Shown here: positions 36,977 through 46,843 of the stretch, one piece after another | Position numbering within the stretch: the stretch's first letter is position 1 | Layout: each line of letters begins with the position of its first letter | Source: a virus | IMG/VR virus record: IMGVR_UViG_3300043775_002158 | Location: 41,375 to 105,374 of that record | Reading direction: 5' to 3' (one strand) | Length of the DNA: 64,000 bases | Made by a program: the position numbers and the translations under genes | Notes under the pieces: model-generated | The model's database searches: none | Told to the model about the DNA's origin: nothing | The model's input: the letters and a program-made list of their open reading frames with translations, nothing else

Positions 36977-37660
36977 ATGAAGATATTAGGACCCAAAGAA
37001 CTTGGAACAGGAATTTTAATAGAATACGACGCAGGACACGTATCTCCAGACGAGAATAAAAAAATTATACAGGAAATGAAAGGTGTGGACTTCTCAGAAG
37101 ACCTAATCCTTTATGCTGTTTTACAAAAATTCGATACTCCAAATAAGAACGGAAGGATTTATCCTGAAATGTTACTTAAGAGAGAAAACGAAAAATATCA
37201 AACACTAATTAAGAAGGGAGGAGCTTTAAATGAATTAAATCACCCTTCATCTTCACTAATCGATTTAGATCGAGTATCACATTCAATTTTAGAAACTTGG
37301 TGGGACGGTAAAATATTAATGGGTAAGATCAAATTATTCACTTCTCCTGGATGGAAGAAGATGGGTATCGTTTCAACCAAAGGAGACCAAGCGGCAATGT
37401 TATTAATGAACGGAGCAACTTTAGGTATCTCTTCACGTGGTGTAGGATCACTTAAACAAGTTAAAGGTGAGAACATCGTACAAGATGATTTCGAGTTAGT
37501 TTGTTTTGATTTAGTGTCATCACCATCAACCCCTGGTGCTTATATTTTTAAAGACCCATCAGAAAGAGACCAATATCAAGAGTCTGAAATTAAAAAACCA
37601 ACACTTGATAGTAGAATGTCAAAACTTATGGGCAATTTAGATACATTTCTATCTAAATAA
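36977..37660 (+). CDS. prohead protease (T4 gp21-like)
   Basis: NKNGRIYP, ELNHP, VSH, GISSRGVGS, FDLVSSPSTPGA. Confidence 0.95.
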   Translation: MKILGPKELGTGILIEYDAGHVSPDENKKIIQEMKGVDFSEDLILYAVLQKFDTPNKNGRIYPEMLLKRENEKYQTLIKKGGALNELNHPSSSLIDLDRVSHSILETWWDGKILMGKIKLFTSPGWKKMGIVSTKGDQAAMLLMNGATLGISSRGVGSLKQVKGENIVQDDFELVCFDLVSSPSTPGAYIFKDPSERDQYQESEIKKPTLDSRMSKLMGNLDTFLSK

Positions 37661-37749
37661 TAAACTTTATAGGGGCAGTAATATTAAAAAACACGATTTT
37701 TTACTAAATCGTAGTATTTATAAGATAATAAAAACAATTAATTTTCACA

Positions 37750-39036
37750 ATGAGCGAAAAATCAATTTTAGAACAAGCGTTACTTCAAGTACAAAATCTT
37801 GAAGAAGCAGTTAAGCAAAATGCAAAAGGTATACTTGCTTCAACAATGAAGGAAGAACTTAAAGATTTGCTAAAAGAATCATTGGAAGAAGAGGAAGAAG
37901 ATGAAGTTATGGAACAACCAGAAACTGAAACTGATCCTGAAGGAGAGGAAGAACAAGATGTAACAGCTGACGACGAGTCTGCAGATGATGAATCTGAAGA
38001 TGAAGTTGATGCAGATGTTGATGCAGATACAGACCTCGATAATTTAGACTCAACAGATGACGTTGATTCAGATGTTGACGCTGACGTTGACATGGATGAT
38101 ATGAGTACCGATATGGATACTGATATGGAATCTATGGATGACGAAGGTTCAATGGATGATGAAGACGTTATGGATATGACAAGTGCTTCAGACGATGAAG
38201 TTCTTAAAGTATTCAAAGCTATGAAACCAGAAGATGGTATTGTAGTTAAAAAAGACGGTAACAATGTTGAATTCGGTGACGGTGAAGATGAATACATTAT
38301 CAAATTAGATGGTGAAGATTCTGATATCGATGCTGGTATGGACATGGGTACTGATGTTGATTCTGACCTTGAAATGGATGAAATGGATATGGAAGCTGAT
38401 GCTGAAGTTGAAGAAAATTGGAATGAAGAAGAAATGCCTTCTGACAACCAAGAAGAAACTATCTATGAAATCGAATTAGACGAGGAAGAAGAGGAAGAAG
38501 AATCTGAAGTTTCTGAAGAAGAAGAAGATTCTAAAAAAGTTGAAGCTACTGAAGCTGCACGTACAAAATCAAACGTTCATGGAAACAAGAACGGTATGAG
38601 TAGAGCTGGTTTACCATCTAAAACAAAGTATAAAGCAGGTTCATCTATTAACGAAGAAGTTGAAACATTGAAAAAACAAAATGCTGAATATAAAAAGGCG
38701 TTAGTATTATTCAAGGATAAACTAAATGAAGTTGCGGTATTCAATGCAAACTTAGCTTACGCTACACGTTTGTTTACTGAACATTCAACTACTAAACAAG
38801 AGAAATTGAATATATTAAAGAGATTTGATACAGTTTCTACTATGAATGAATCTAAAGGTTTATTCAACACAATCAAAACTGAATTAGGTTCAAAAACTAC
38901 GGTTACCGAATCAGTTGCGACAAAAATCTCTAACACTCCATCAACATCTTCTTCTACAGAGGTATTATCTGAGTCAAAAGCTTACGAGAACCCACAATTC
39001 AGTAGAATTAAGGAAATGATGAGAAAAATAAAATAA
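37750..39036 (+). CDS. prohead core/scaffold protein (gp22-like)
   Basis: Highly acidic, coiled-coil C-terminus, located between protease and capsid. Confidence 0.8.
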   Translation: MSEKSILEQALLQVQNLEEAVKQNAKGILASTMKEELKDLLKESLEEEEEDEVMEQPETETDPEGEEEQDVTADDESADDESEDEVDADVDADTDLDNLDSTDDVDSDVDADVDMDDMSTDMDTDMESMDDEGSMDDEDVMDMTSASDDEVLKVFKAMKPEDGIVVKKDGNNVEFGDGEDEYIIKLDGEDSDIDAGMDMGTDVDSDLEMDEMDMEADAEVEENWNEEEMPSDNQEETIYEIELDEEEEEEESEVSEEEEDSKKVEATEAARTKSNVHGNKNGMSRAGLPSKTKYKAGSSINEEVETLKKQNAEYKKALVLFKDKLNEVAVFNANLAYATRLFTEHSTTKQEKLNILKRFDTVSTMNESKGLFNTIKTELGSKTTVTESVATKISNTPSTSSSTEVLSESKAYENPQFSRIKEMMRKIK

Positions 39037-39060
39037 AACAAAAACAAAATACAATTCAAA

Positions 39061-40827
39061 ATGGGAGCATTATTAGAATCAGGTATGGTTGGTAACATCG
39101 GTTTAAAACACCTTAGAGTTATCAAGGAAGATACCATCAAAAAATGGGACGAATTAGGCTTTTTAGAAGGTCTTGACGGTCACCAAAAAGATAACATCGC
39201 GCAATTATATGAAAACCAAGCGTCTTACTTAATCAACGAAGCAGCAGTAGCTGATGCGTCTGGTTCTTTCGAGACTGTAGTTTTCCCTATCATTCGTCGT
39301 GTATTCTCTAAATTATTAGCTAACGACATCGTGTCTGTACAAGCTATGAACTTACCAATCGGTAAATTATTCTATTTCATTCCTAAAATTCAGGAAAGAG
39401 ATGGTAACGGTCACTACTCTCCTTATGGTGGAGCAAACAACGATTTAGGTTTACCACAGAACGCACAATCAGGTTATACTGCTGGAAAGAGAAGTTTATA
39501 TGATCGTTTTTACGAAGCTAGTGATGATTTAGATCAAGGTCTTTTTGATTATTCAAAAGGAGCTTTCTCTGTTCAATCATTAACTGTTAACGGTTTTGCA
39601 ACTTTCTCTAACGGTGAAGTTACTACAAGTACATCGGCTATCGTGACTGGTACAACTAAATCTTATGTGATTTTAGAATTATCAGGTTTCACACAAGCTG
39701 GAGCTGGTAAATTGAAAGGACCAGATGGTAATGAAATGGATTCTGAAGAATTCTTGGCTTCATTACAAGTGTTCACTTCGGACGCTAACTTGTTAAATCA
39801 CTTAGGTGCTACAACAGGTACTTCATTACCAATCAACATCGTAACTCAAAAGTACGGTAAAGGTATTGTAGAATATGGTGCAAAAACAACTAATGCTACA
39901 CAAAACTATTATGATATTTGTGATTCTGATGGTAAAATCTATGTTCAAGTTGATTTACAAGTATATAGTGCAACTTCGGGTTATAGTGATTACGAAGTAA
40001 CAGGTTCTACATTAGCAAAAAGTGAATTCAACGCATCTTACCGCAAGTATGAGACATTAGAATTTGAAGAGCAAATTGGTGAAGTATCTTTTGATTTAGA
40101 GTCAGTAACAGTTTCTGTAACTGAAAGAAAATTAAGAGCTAGCTGGTCTCCAGAATTAGCACAAGATGTTAGTGCATTCCACAACATCGATGCTGAAGCT
40201 GAATTGACAGCTTTATTATCAGAGCAAATCGCTGCTGAAGTTGACCGTGAAATCTTACGTGATTTACGTAAAGGTGCTGCATGGACTGCTAAATGGGATT
40301 ACAATGAGTGGAAATACGGTGGAACTGGTGGTGCAACTTTACAAGGTTACACTCAGAAAGATTGGAACCAAACTTTGGTTACAAAAATCAACCAAATTTC
40401 AGCTCAAATCCACAAAACTACGTTAAGAGGTGGTGCTAACTGGATCGTTGTTTCTTCAGAAGTTTCTGCAGTATTCGATGATTTAGAGTATTTCCACGTT
40501 TCTAACGCAGAACCAGAACAAGATCAATATAACATGGGTATCGAGAAAATCGGTACAGTAGGTGGTCGTTACCAAGTGTATCGTGATCCTTACTTCCCAG
40601 CAAACAAGATCTTGATTGGTCATAAAGGTAAGTCTTTGTTAGATGCAGGTTATGTATACGCACCATATGTGCCATTACAATTAACTCCTACAATGTACAA
40701 TCCATTTAACATGACTCCAATCAAAGGTATCATGACACGTTACGCAAAGAAAATGGTGAACAACCGTTACTTCGGTGTAATCGATGTAAAAGGTATCCAA
40801 GTGTTTGGTTTAGATACATTAAGATAA
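39061..40827 (+). CDS. major capsid protein (T4 gp23-like) with large insertion
   Basis: IVSVQAMNLPIG, RKLRASWSPELAQD, AEAELTALLSEQIAAEVDREI, YAPYVPL, GIMTRYA. Confidence 0.96.
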   Translation: MGALLESGMVGNIGLKHLRVIKEDTIKKWDELGFLEGLDGHQKDNIAQLYENQASYLINEAAVADASGSFETVVFPIIRRVFSKLLANDIVSVQAMNLPIGKLFYFIPKIQERDGNGHYSPYGGANNDLGLPQNAQSGYTAGKRSLYDRFYEASDDLDQGLFDYSKGAFSVQSLTVNGFATFSNGEVTTSTSAIVTGTTKSYVILELSGFTQAGAGKLKGPDGNEMDSEEFLASLQVFTSDANLLNHLGATTGTSLPINIVTQKYGKGIVEYGAKTTNATQNYYDICDSDGKIYVQVDLQVYSATSGYSDYEVTGSTLAKSEFNASYRKYETLEFEEQIGEVSFDLESVTVSVTERKLRASWSPELAQDVSAFHNIDAEAELTALLSEQIAAEVDREILRDLRKGAAWTAKWDYNEWKYGGTGGATLQGYTQKDWNQTLVTKINQISAQIHKTTLRGGANWIVVSSEVSAVFDDLEYFHVSNAEPEQDQYNMGIEKIGTVGGRYQVYRDPYFPANKILIGHKGKSLLDAGYVYAPYVPLQLTPTMYNPFNMTPIKGIMTRYAKKMVNNRYFGVIDVKGIQVFGLDTLR

Positions 40828-40845
40828 TCTTAATATTATCAATAG

Positions 40846-40880
40846 AAAAACCCTCGAGAAATCGGGGGTTTTTTATTTTT
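40846..40880 (+). terminator. intrinsic terminator after the capsid gene
   Basis: AAAAACCCTCGA-gaaa-TCGGGGGTTTTT. Confidence 0.85.
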
Positions 40881-40909
40881 GGTATATTCTAAATAAAGTT
40901 GTATATTTG
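40878..40909 (+). promoter_or_regulatory. Bacteroidota sigma-A promoter TTTG-N20-TATATTTG
   Basis: Consensus match 4 nt upstream of ATG 40914. Confidence 0.7.
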
Positions 40910-40913
40910 TAAT

Positions 40914-41210
40914 ATGGAATACGAAAACCTACGATTAGACATTCTAACCAAACTCATAGATGAGAGGGGAATTGTGTGTAAAAATAAGAAAGACGTAATG
41001 ATTGAACATCTCAAAATGGATGATGAGGGGAAATATGTACGTGAAACTACCTATGAAAAGTGGGAAGGACGTTTTTTAGTGGGTATAGACCTTAAAAACG
41101 GACCTCATTTAATACAGATGGGTAAGTTAGTAGAAAAGAAAGAGGCGTCCCCTAAGGGTCTCTATGCGTCAGATAGAGTATATTTTATTTCTGGTCAAAA
41201 ATTAATTTAA
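40914..41210 (+). CDS. hypothetical protein (start reassigned to MEYENL)
   Basis: ATG immediately after the promoter. Confidence 0.7.
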   Translation: MEYENLRLDILTKLIDERGIVCKNKKDVMIEHLKMDDEGKYVRETTYEKWEGRFLVGIDLKNGPHLIQMGKLVEKKEASPKGLYASDRVYFISGQKLI

Positions 41211-41211
41211 A

Positions 41212-41964
41212 TTACCAAGTTCTACAAGCCCAATATCTTGGTTTCCAACGAGGACCCGGATTTGAACAATTGTGTCTCGCTCTAAATGATTTACGTCTTT
41301 TTGGGTTATTTTTCTTAATAACCATTCTTTTACCTTTTGCAGATTTACCGCCAAAACCAAAGTTTACTTTAACGACTTTACCTTTGTCGTTTTTAACATA
41401 AACTTTAAATTTCTTAATGTCTCCTTGCATGATTTTACCAAGTTGAACTTTACGTCCTTGATATTCCGCTTCATTTAAAAGACCTAAATCATATTCATAT
41501 TTAGTATTTTGTACTGAACCGTTTTCATCTTCGTAAATTAATACGGGGGTTTGTTCATTATATTCGAAAAGTCTTTCGAATTGATCTTCAGATATTTGAA
41601 TTATTGTTCTCTTTTCCATATTTTCATCAAATTTAGTCATCGTTGGTTTATTACCCTTACCTACTTTAGGGTCTTTTTTTTCTGCTCTTCTTTTTTGTGA
41701 AGTCATTGATTTCTTTTCTTTTTTACTATATGAAGATGCAACTTTTGGGGTTTCTTTTGATACTTTTTTAGATGGTCTACATTTTGGATATGATTTACCA
41801 TCGGCATCTTTTCTACCACAAGGAGGATGTTTACCATCTACTTTTTTACTAACATCTACCCATTTTTCTTTGAACCATCTTCTAAGGTCTTCTTTTAAAA
41901 CCTCACCTGATTTAATTGATTCTTCTATATATTCTTTATCTTCCTTTGAAACAATTATTCTCAT
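41212..41964 (-). CDS. basic two-domain phage protein
   Basis: LRRWFKEKWVD...PCGR...YPKCRP and KKFKVYV...VNFG...RKSFRARHNC...YWAC modules. Confidence 0.75.
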   Translation of the reverse strand: MRIIVSKEDKEYIEESIKSGEVLKEDLRRWFKEKWVDVSKKVDGKHPPCGRKDADGKSYPKCRPSKKVSKETPKVASSYSKKEKKSMTSQKRRAEKKDPKVGKGNKPTMTKFDENMEKRTIIQISEDQFERLFEYNEQTPVLIYEDENGSVQNTKYEYDLGLLNEAEYQGRKVQLGKIMQGDIKKFKVYVKNDKGKVVKVNFGFGGKSAKGKRMVIKKNNPKRRKSFRARHNCSNPGPRWKPRYWACRTW

Positions 41965-41965
41965 A

Positions 41966-42244
41966 TTATTTAATTTTATTTACCTCATTAACAAATTTAT
42001 GACACTTATCGGATACCTTACCCTTATCGTGGTCTGTAATGGATAACTTTACATTATCATAATGAACCGTCATATCGGGATGATGATTTTGTTTGTTGGC
42101 AATTTTCATTACCTCATTCACAAATGTCATAACCTCCTTATAATCTTTAAAATAAAATGTTTTAATTAGTTTACCACTTACTTCCTCCCAATTACTACTA
42201 TTCATAATTTTATTTTTTTGGTCTTCGGTTATTATTATTCTCAT
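41966..42244 (-). CDS. phhB: pterin-4a-carbinolamine dehydratase
   Basis: KLIKTFYFKDY...FVNEV...NHHPD...TDHDKG. Confidence 0.88.
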   Translation of the reverse strand: MRIIITEDQKNKIMNSSNWEEVSGKLIKTFYFKDYKEVMTFVNEVMKIANKQNHHPDMTVHYDNVKLSITDHDKGKVSDKCHKFVNEVNKIK

Positions 42245-42245
42245 G

Positions 42246-43007
42246 TTATAATTTAGTATCTTTTAAGAATTTATTGTGAGAATCTTTATATGATTTTTGA
42301 CTTTCGTCGTTAATATCTTTAGTATACTGCCAATTCCAATACAAATCATCGTTTGTTTTAAAACCGTAAAATGAATGAACTTGTTTTTGTAAATCAACAA
42401 CATTACTTCCATTCCAATTATGCCCCGTACAAATGTATCCAGACTCAACATCCTTTACTATATTAGATTCATTTTGTGTTGTATGTCTATTTTCAATCCA
42501 ATTAAGTCTTTCAATTAGATTTTGATAATACATATTTGCCTGTCCCCATCTAATCGAACTAAAAAATACAACCGTATCAGATTCAAATAGTTCTTTAGAT
42601 ATTTTCCAAAGTTCATCTGATTTGTTATTGATACTAGCCCAACATCTGTGATGACCTGAAGGATTTTTATCCTTATCATCGAGTTTGGATTTCAATACTC
42701 CACATGAATCTCCGTCTTTTCTTGATACATTACCTTCACAAGGAAATATCTTAAGTTCAGGTACATCTATTAAAACAGATTTGTCACCCAATTCTTCGTT
42801 AAGATACATTGCAATCATTTTAGATTTTGGTATATCAATATCATTTTCGTCCCAATTATGTCTATTAGAACAACTTAATAGTAAAACTTTTTTCTTCTTT
42901 TTAAGAACGTCCAATGTTTTCTTTATAGATTTCCAAGCATCAGATTGTACCATCTCCTCAGAAATCATCATTTCCCTAATCCTTTGTATGTTCTCTTGTA
43001 AGTTCAT
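42246..43007 (-). CDS. flavodoxin-fold NAD(P)H-dependent FMN reductase / iron-sulfur-flavoprotein-like
   Basis: VLLLSCSNR, PCEGNVS...C...RCWAS, SDTVVFFSSIRWG, LIERL. Confidence 0.75.
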   Translation of the reverse strand: MNLQENIQRIREMMISEEMVQSDAWKSIKKTLDVLKKKKKVLLLSCSNRHNWDENDIDIPKSKMIAMYLNEELGDKSVLIDVPELKIFPCEGNVSRKDGDSCGVLKSKLDDKDKNPSGHHRCWASINNKSDELWKISKELFESDTVVFFSSIRWGQANMYYQNLIERLNWIENRHTTQNESNIVKDVESGYICTGHNWNGSNVVDLQKQVHSFYGFKTNDDLYWNWQYTKDINDESQKSYKDSHNKFLKDTKL

Positions 43008-43664
43008 CTATTTACATTTTTTCCATCCACCGCCTTTCGCCTTATAATCTTTTGCCGCGAACCCATTTGCGTAGGCTGAAGGGTAGACGTCAAATTTGGC
43101 TTTAGCTTTAGCTTTAGATGCTGCCCACTTTGCGGGATCTGTTGGACAGTTCTTACTTTCGTCTATTTCTTCTTCGGTAGTTTCATTTTTAGGCGTTTTA
43201 CCTTGCTTCTTCATATTGATAGCAATTGCTGCTTGTTGTGCGGGACTACTTGCTTCGTTTGTTGGAACACAGTTTGGTACCATTTTTCCGTTTTTCTTCT
43301 TACCACCAACTTGTTTATAACCATCCCAACATTTTTCATTAAGTTCTCCTTCTTCGTTCAAACTAAATTGATCCATGTCAGCGGTAACATCTTGACTATC
43401 TTTACGTTTTGTTTCATTCATAAAGAAATCAAAAACTTGATCCATATTGTTTTTAGCTTCGGATACGTGATCGTCAGCCCAATCATGACCATTTTGTATA
43501 ATTTGATCTAACTCTTGTGGATCCATTTTCATTAACATTTCACATTGTCTGTGAATTTGTTGTAAATTACTGAAAAACATATAGTTTTCAGTCATTTTAT
43601 TTTCATTTATAATCTTAGTAATATATTTTCTAAGATCGTTTTCTTTTAGTCTAATTACTTTCAT
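43008..43664 (-). CDS. modular phage protein with short conserved motifs
   Basis: KCWDGYKQVG.K.K.GKMVPNCVP; AQQAAIAI; KFDVYPSAYAN...YKAKGG.W. Confidence 0.75.
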   Translation of the reverse strand: MKVIRLKENDLRKYITKIINENKMTENYMFFSNLQQIHRQCEMLMKMDPQELDQIIQNGHDWADDHVSEAKNNMDQVFDFFMNETKRKDSQDVTADMDQFSLNEEGELNEKCWDGYKQVGGKKKNGKMVPNCVPTNEASSPAQQAAIAINMKKQGKTPKNETTEEEIDESKNCPTDPAKWAASKAKAKAKFDVYPSAYANGFAAKDYKAKGGGWKKCK

Positions 43665-43679
43665 AATATATAAATAGTT

Positions 43680-45101
43680 TTATTTTTCTGAGACAATCTC
43701 AAATTTAATATGTTCGTTATAGAATATTTCTTCGGTGTGAGTTTTGGCTTTGATTTCGATAAAGTATTCTCTTGGAATATAAACTGAAGTATCAAAATGG
43801 AATGAATTTTCATTAGTTTTATCTAATAAAGTCCAGTCATGTACATTTACATTTGTGGTACCTTCTTTAATAAACATTCTAAAATAAACTTCATTAAATA
43901 AGTTGGATTTTTGAACATCTATCGATTTAATGGTTACAACCACTTTTCTCAATTCACCTCTTACAATCTTTTCGTTTTGTTTTATACCAAAGTATTGTAT
44001 TTTATATCTTTGTAATTCCGTTTGATTTTCTCCAATTGTATATTGTGCGGTAAATGGTTTAGGAACAAATTTTTGTTTCACGTTGGAAATATCAATTCCG
44101 TCAATCGAAAGGTTTGTCCATTCATCATAAAAAAATCTCTTACCATCACATAAATTACCATCAATACCTAATTTTACTTTGTAAACTCCCTTTTTAACTC
44201 TTGTAACTTCTTGTTGATTACCTAAACCTTCGATAACATTGTTATTAGAATCTAAAATATTAACTATTGGCATAGTGTCTAAATTGTAGAAATTAGTACC
44301 TTTAGTAACATATAGATATAAGTAATTATAAACACCCGCAGCAAAATTTGTTCTATTATCGTCAATTCTATCATTTACAAATGTCTCGACGTAAGGCTCA
44401 AAAAATGTTTGTGTATATTTTGTAAAGAACGAAACTGACTTATCATATTCAGGTGTGAGATCTTGATAAGGTAAAGAAAACGCCAATCCAAATCCTTTAA
44501 TTTGACTCAATTTGGTACCAAAATTTAATACTTCATTTCTTAATCTTTGGTTAATATAACTTGTTAAATCAAAATCAATATTTTCGTTTCCATTATCAAA
44601 ATGTATTGTTCCAACTATAGTTGGGTTTTCAGCATAAATTCCTGATGTTGTCCAAGCATCTACAGTCGTTCTATTAAACCAATTTGAGGGGTTTTGATCA
44701 AAAACTGTATCATCATCCACCGTATCTGACGGAGCATTGACATAATCAAATCCAACTCCTTCATCCCATTCTTCAGTAATTTCAAATAATATTAGATCAA
44801 AAGAGGTTGCTCTTTGTCTACCAGTACTTCTACCTTGACCTTTAAATCCCTCATCACCAAATATACAATTTGTTAGGTGCAATGTATGTGATACAGTATT
44901 ACCACTAACACCAATATCTGTAAGAGTCAATTCGCCATTACTTAATTTTCCAATTAAATCTGTAAAATCAACCTTAAATATAAATTTAGAAAAAGTGCTA
45001 TTACCGTAATAAATCTCCGTAGTTGGATTTTTAGCGGTATTTGTGGTTGAACCCTTTATAATAGTATTGTTCTTTTCAAAATAGGAACGTAAATATGACA
45101 T
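43680..45101 (-). CDS. putative virion structural protein (beta-rich)
   Basis: WDEGVG motif, late motif upstream, next to the baseplate-like gene. Confidence 0.6.
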   Translation of the reverse strand: MSYLRSYFEKNNTIIKGSTTNTAKNPTTEIYYGNSTFSKFIFKVDFTDLIGKLSNGELTLTDIGVSGNTVSHTLHLTNCIFGDEGFKGQGRSTGRQRATSFDLILFEITEEWDEGVGFDYVNAPSDTVDDDTVFDQNPSNWFNRTTVDAWTTSGIYAENPTIVGTIHFDNGNENIDFDLTSYINQRLRNEVLNFGTKLSQIKGFGLAFSLPYQDLTPEYDKSVSFFTKYTQTFFEPYVETFVNDRIDDNRTNFAAGVYNYLYLYVTKGTNFYNLDTMPIVNILDSNNNVIEGLGNQQEVTRVKKGVYKVKLGIDGNLCDGKRFFYDEWTNLSIDGIDISNVKQKFVPKPFTAQYTIGENQTELQRYKIQYFGIKQNEKIVRGELRKVVVTIKSIDVQKSNLFNEVYFRMFIKEGTTNVNVHDWTLLDKTNENSFHFDTSVYIPREYFIEIKAKTHTEEIFYNEHIKFEIVSEK

Positions 45102-45125
45102 CTCTTTTTTATTATAAATATCAAA

Positions 45126-46640
45126 TTAGTTGATTCTAATCGATTTATTTAAAATGTCATTCTCAATGGTCTTAAAAAGTTCCTTAAGTTCATTACCATG
45201 ATCGTAGTCGTATTGTCCCGATATTGGCATTAATGGGTTATGTCTATGGGTGAAAATAACTTCTATCATTTTACTAAGTAATTTTAATAGATTTTCACCC
45301 CTTACCGTTGAAAAGGTTGAAGGTTCAATTTTTTCAATATAATCTTGTTGAGATAACTCATAACCATTTAAATCAACAAATGGTACTGGATTAGAGGATT
45401 CGTTCGTACCTAAATCAGTTGATAATAGATAAAGTTTATCCACTAACATAGCTCCGAATGTTTGTTCGGCGCTATTATTATCGATTTTAGCAACCTTCTC
45501 AATCGAATTAACGGGGTTAACTTCCGCCTTCGCTCTTGTTGCTGACCATATTAAACCAGCACCAGGACCAATTCTTAATACGTTAATTCCATTCAAAATA
45601 GTTTGTTTATTATTTAATTCATCCGTAGTTGATAAAGATCTTTTAAAATTAGTGTATGGTCTAAAAAAGAACGGATGTATATCATCTGAAGGATATTGAG
45701 TGTTTAATTCATTTAATCCCTTATCGTGTATTAAAAATATTTTATCTCTTATTTCTCTATAAATGTCGGATATGTCTGTTACGGTTACTTGATAAGTAGG
45801 TGTTGTATTTGTGTTGTCGGTATTAATTAACTTAATTAAAGAAGATTGAACCTCGGTATTTTCGGTAAAGTAATTTGTTTTAAACAGATCACCTAACGCT
45901 CCATTTACTTTATAGACATACAAACTAATAGTATAACCCGTCGCACCATTTACAAAACTATTTACATCATATTCAATAATATAATTTAAATCTTTATTTT
46001 CACTTAAATTTTCGGTAGTTAAAACCTCCTCTAAGTTCATTTTTTTAGGGAATTTTTTTAAATAAATCCTTGATGACTTTTTAGCCATTAAAGGATAATC
46101 TAACATAGTTTGTCTATTGACAGTACTAGCTGCTTCTTTGGATAATAATTTACCTCCCCTCAACTGTAATCCATTTTCCGTAAAAAGAACATCAGAACCA
46201 CTCTTACCATATATTGCAAAATCTTTTTCTTTTGCAAATGTATTTTCAGATTTTTTATTTATATATTCTCCTGTTGAATTTCTAATATTTGCTTTATGTT
46301 TAACATTTGTACCGTAAGTGGTGTTCGCTATTTGTTGTGAAAATGTTTGTCCGTTATAATCATACATCGTTGTAAATGGACCAGCAATGTATTCAACGTT
46401 TACCGTATCTTTATCAGTATTGTATTGTATTATTTTTACAGATTGATTAATCTCAGGAATAAAATTGACGTTAGAAGGTAAGAAAGGATTGGCAATAAAT
46501 AAATCTCTATCACTCCATGGTTCATAGTCAATTGCACCTTCTTTCTGTCCCGTATATTCGTTATAACGACTAACCCTTATTCTACCAATACCTAAAGGGT
46601 CAACATTATCAATACATTTACCAATATCTATTATTTTCAT
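45126..46640 (-). CDS. baseplate hub/spike protein (gp5/VgrG-like OB-fold)
   Basis: N-terminal DNVDPLGIGRIRV...FIPEINQSV; C-terminal VRGENL...THRH. Confidence 0.65.
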   Translation of the reverse strand: MKIIDIGKCIDNVDPLGIGRIRVSRYNEYTGQKEGAIDYEPWSDRDLFIANPFLPSNVNFIPEINQSVKIIQYNTDKDTVNVEYIAGPFTTMYDYNGQTFSQQIANTTYGTNVKHKANIRNSTGEYINKKSENTFAKEKDFAIYGKSGSDVLFTENGLQLRGGKLLSKEAASTVNRQTMLDYPLMAKKSSRIYLKKFPKKMNLEEVLTTENLSENKDLNYIIEYDVNSFVNGATGYTISLYVYKVNGALGDLFKTNYFTENTEVQSSLIKLINTDNTNTTPTYQVTVTDISDIYREIRDKIFLIHDKGLNELNTQYPSDDIHPFFFRPYTNFKRSLSTTDELNNKQTILNGINVLRIGPGAGLIWSATRAKAEVNPVNSIEKVAKIDNNSAEQTFGAMLVDKLYLLSTDLGTNESSNPVPFVDLNGYELSQQDYIEKIEPSTFSTVRGENLLKLLSKMIEVIFTHRHNPLMPISGQYDYDHGNELKELFKTIENDILNKSIRIN

Positions 46641-46840
46641 TTCCCTGTATATCTTTTTTCTATTTCTTTATTAACCTTATTATATAAACTTTCAACACCA
46701 TCTAAATGTCTAGTTAAATCAATAATTAATTCTTTAGTTTTTTCAAATTCCTCATTTAATTCATCTGCAACAATCATTAAATCTTTATTAGATTTATTTT
46801 CAACATCGTTTGCAATTTCAATTAATTTTTGACTTTCCAT
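46637..46840 (-). CDS. small coiled-coil protein
   Basis: 67-aa ORF coupled to neighbours. Confidence 0.7.
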   Translation of the reverse strand: MESQKLIEIANDVENKSNKDLMIVADELNEEFEKTKELIIDLTRHLDGVESLYNKVNKEIEKRYTGK

Positions 46841-46843
46841 ATC

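Noticed and set aside
37785-38447. 220-aa Ser-rich minus-strand ORF
   Set aside because: Antisense shadow of the Asp/Glu-rich scaffold gene; the same applies to 31056..31577 and 27925..28188
31815-40827. Introns or inteins in terminase, portal or capsid
   Set aside because: ORFs are continuous with no intein terminal motifs or homing endonuclease; the capsid insertion looks like a surface domain
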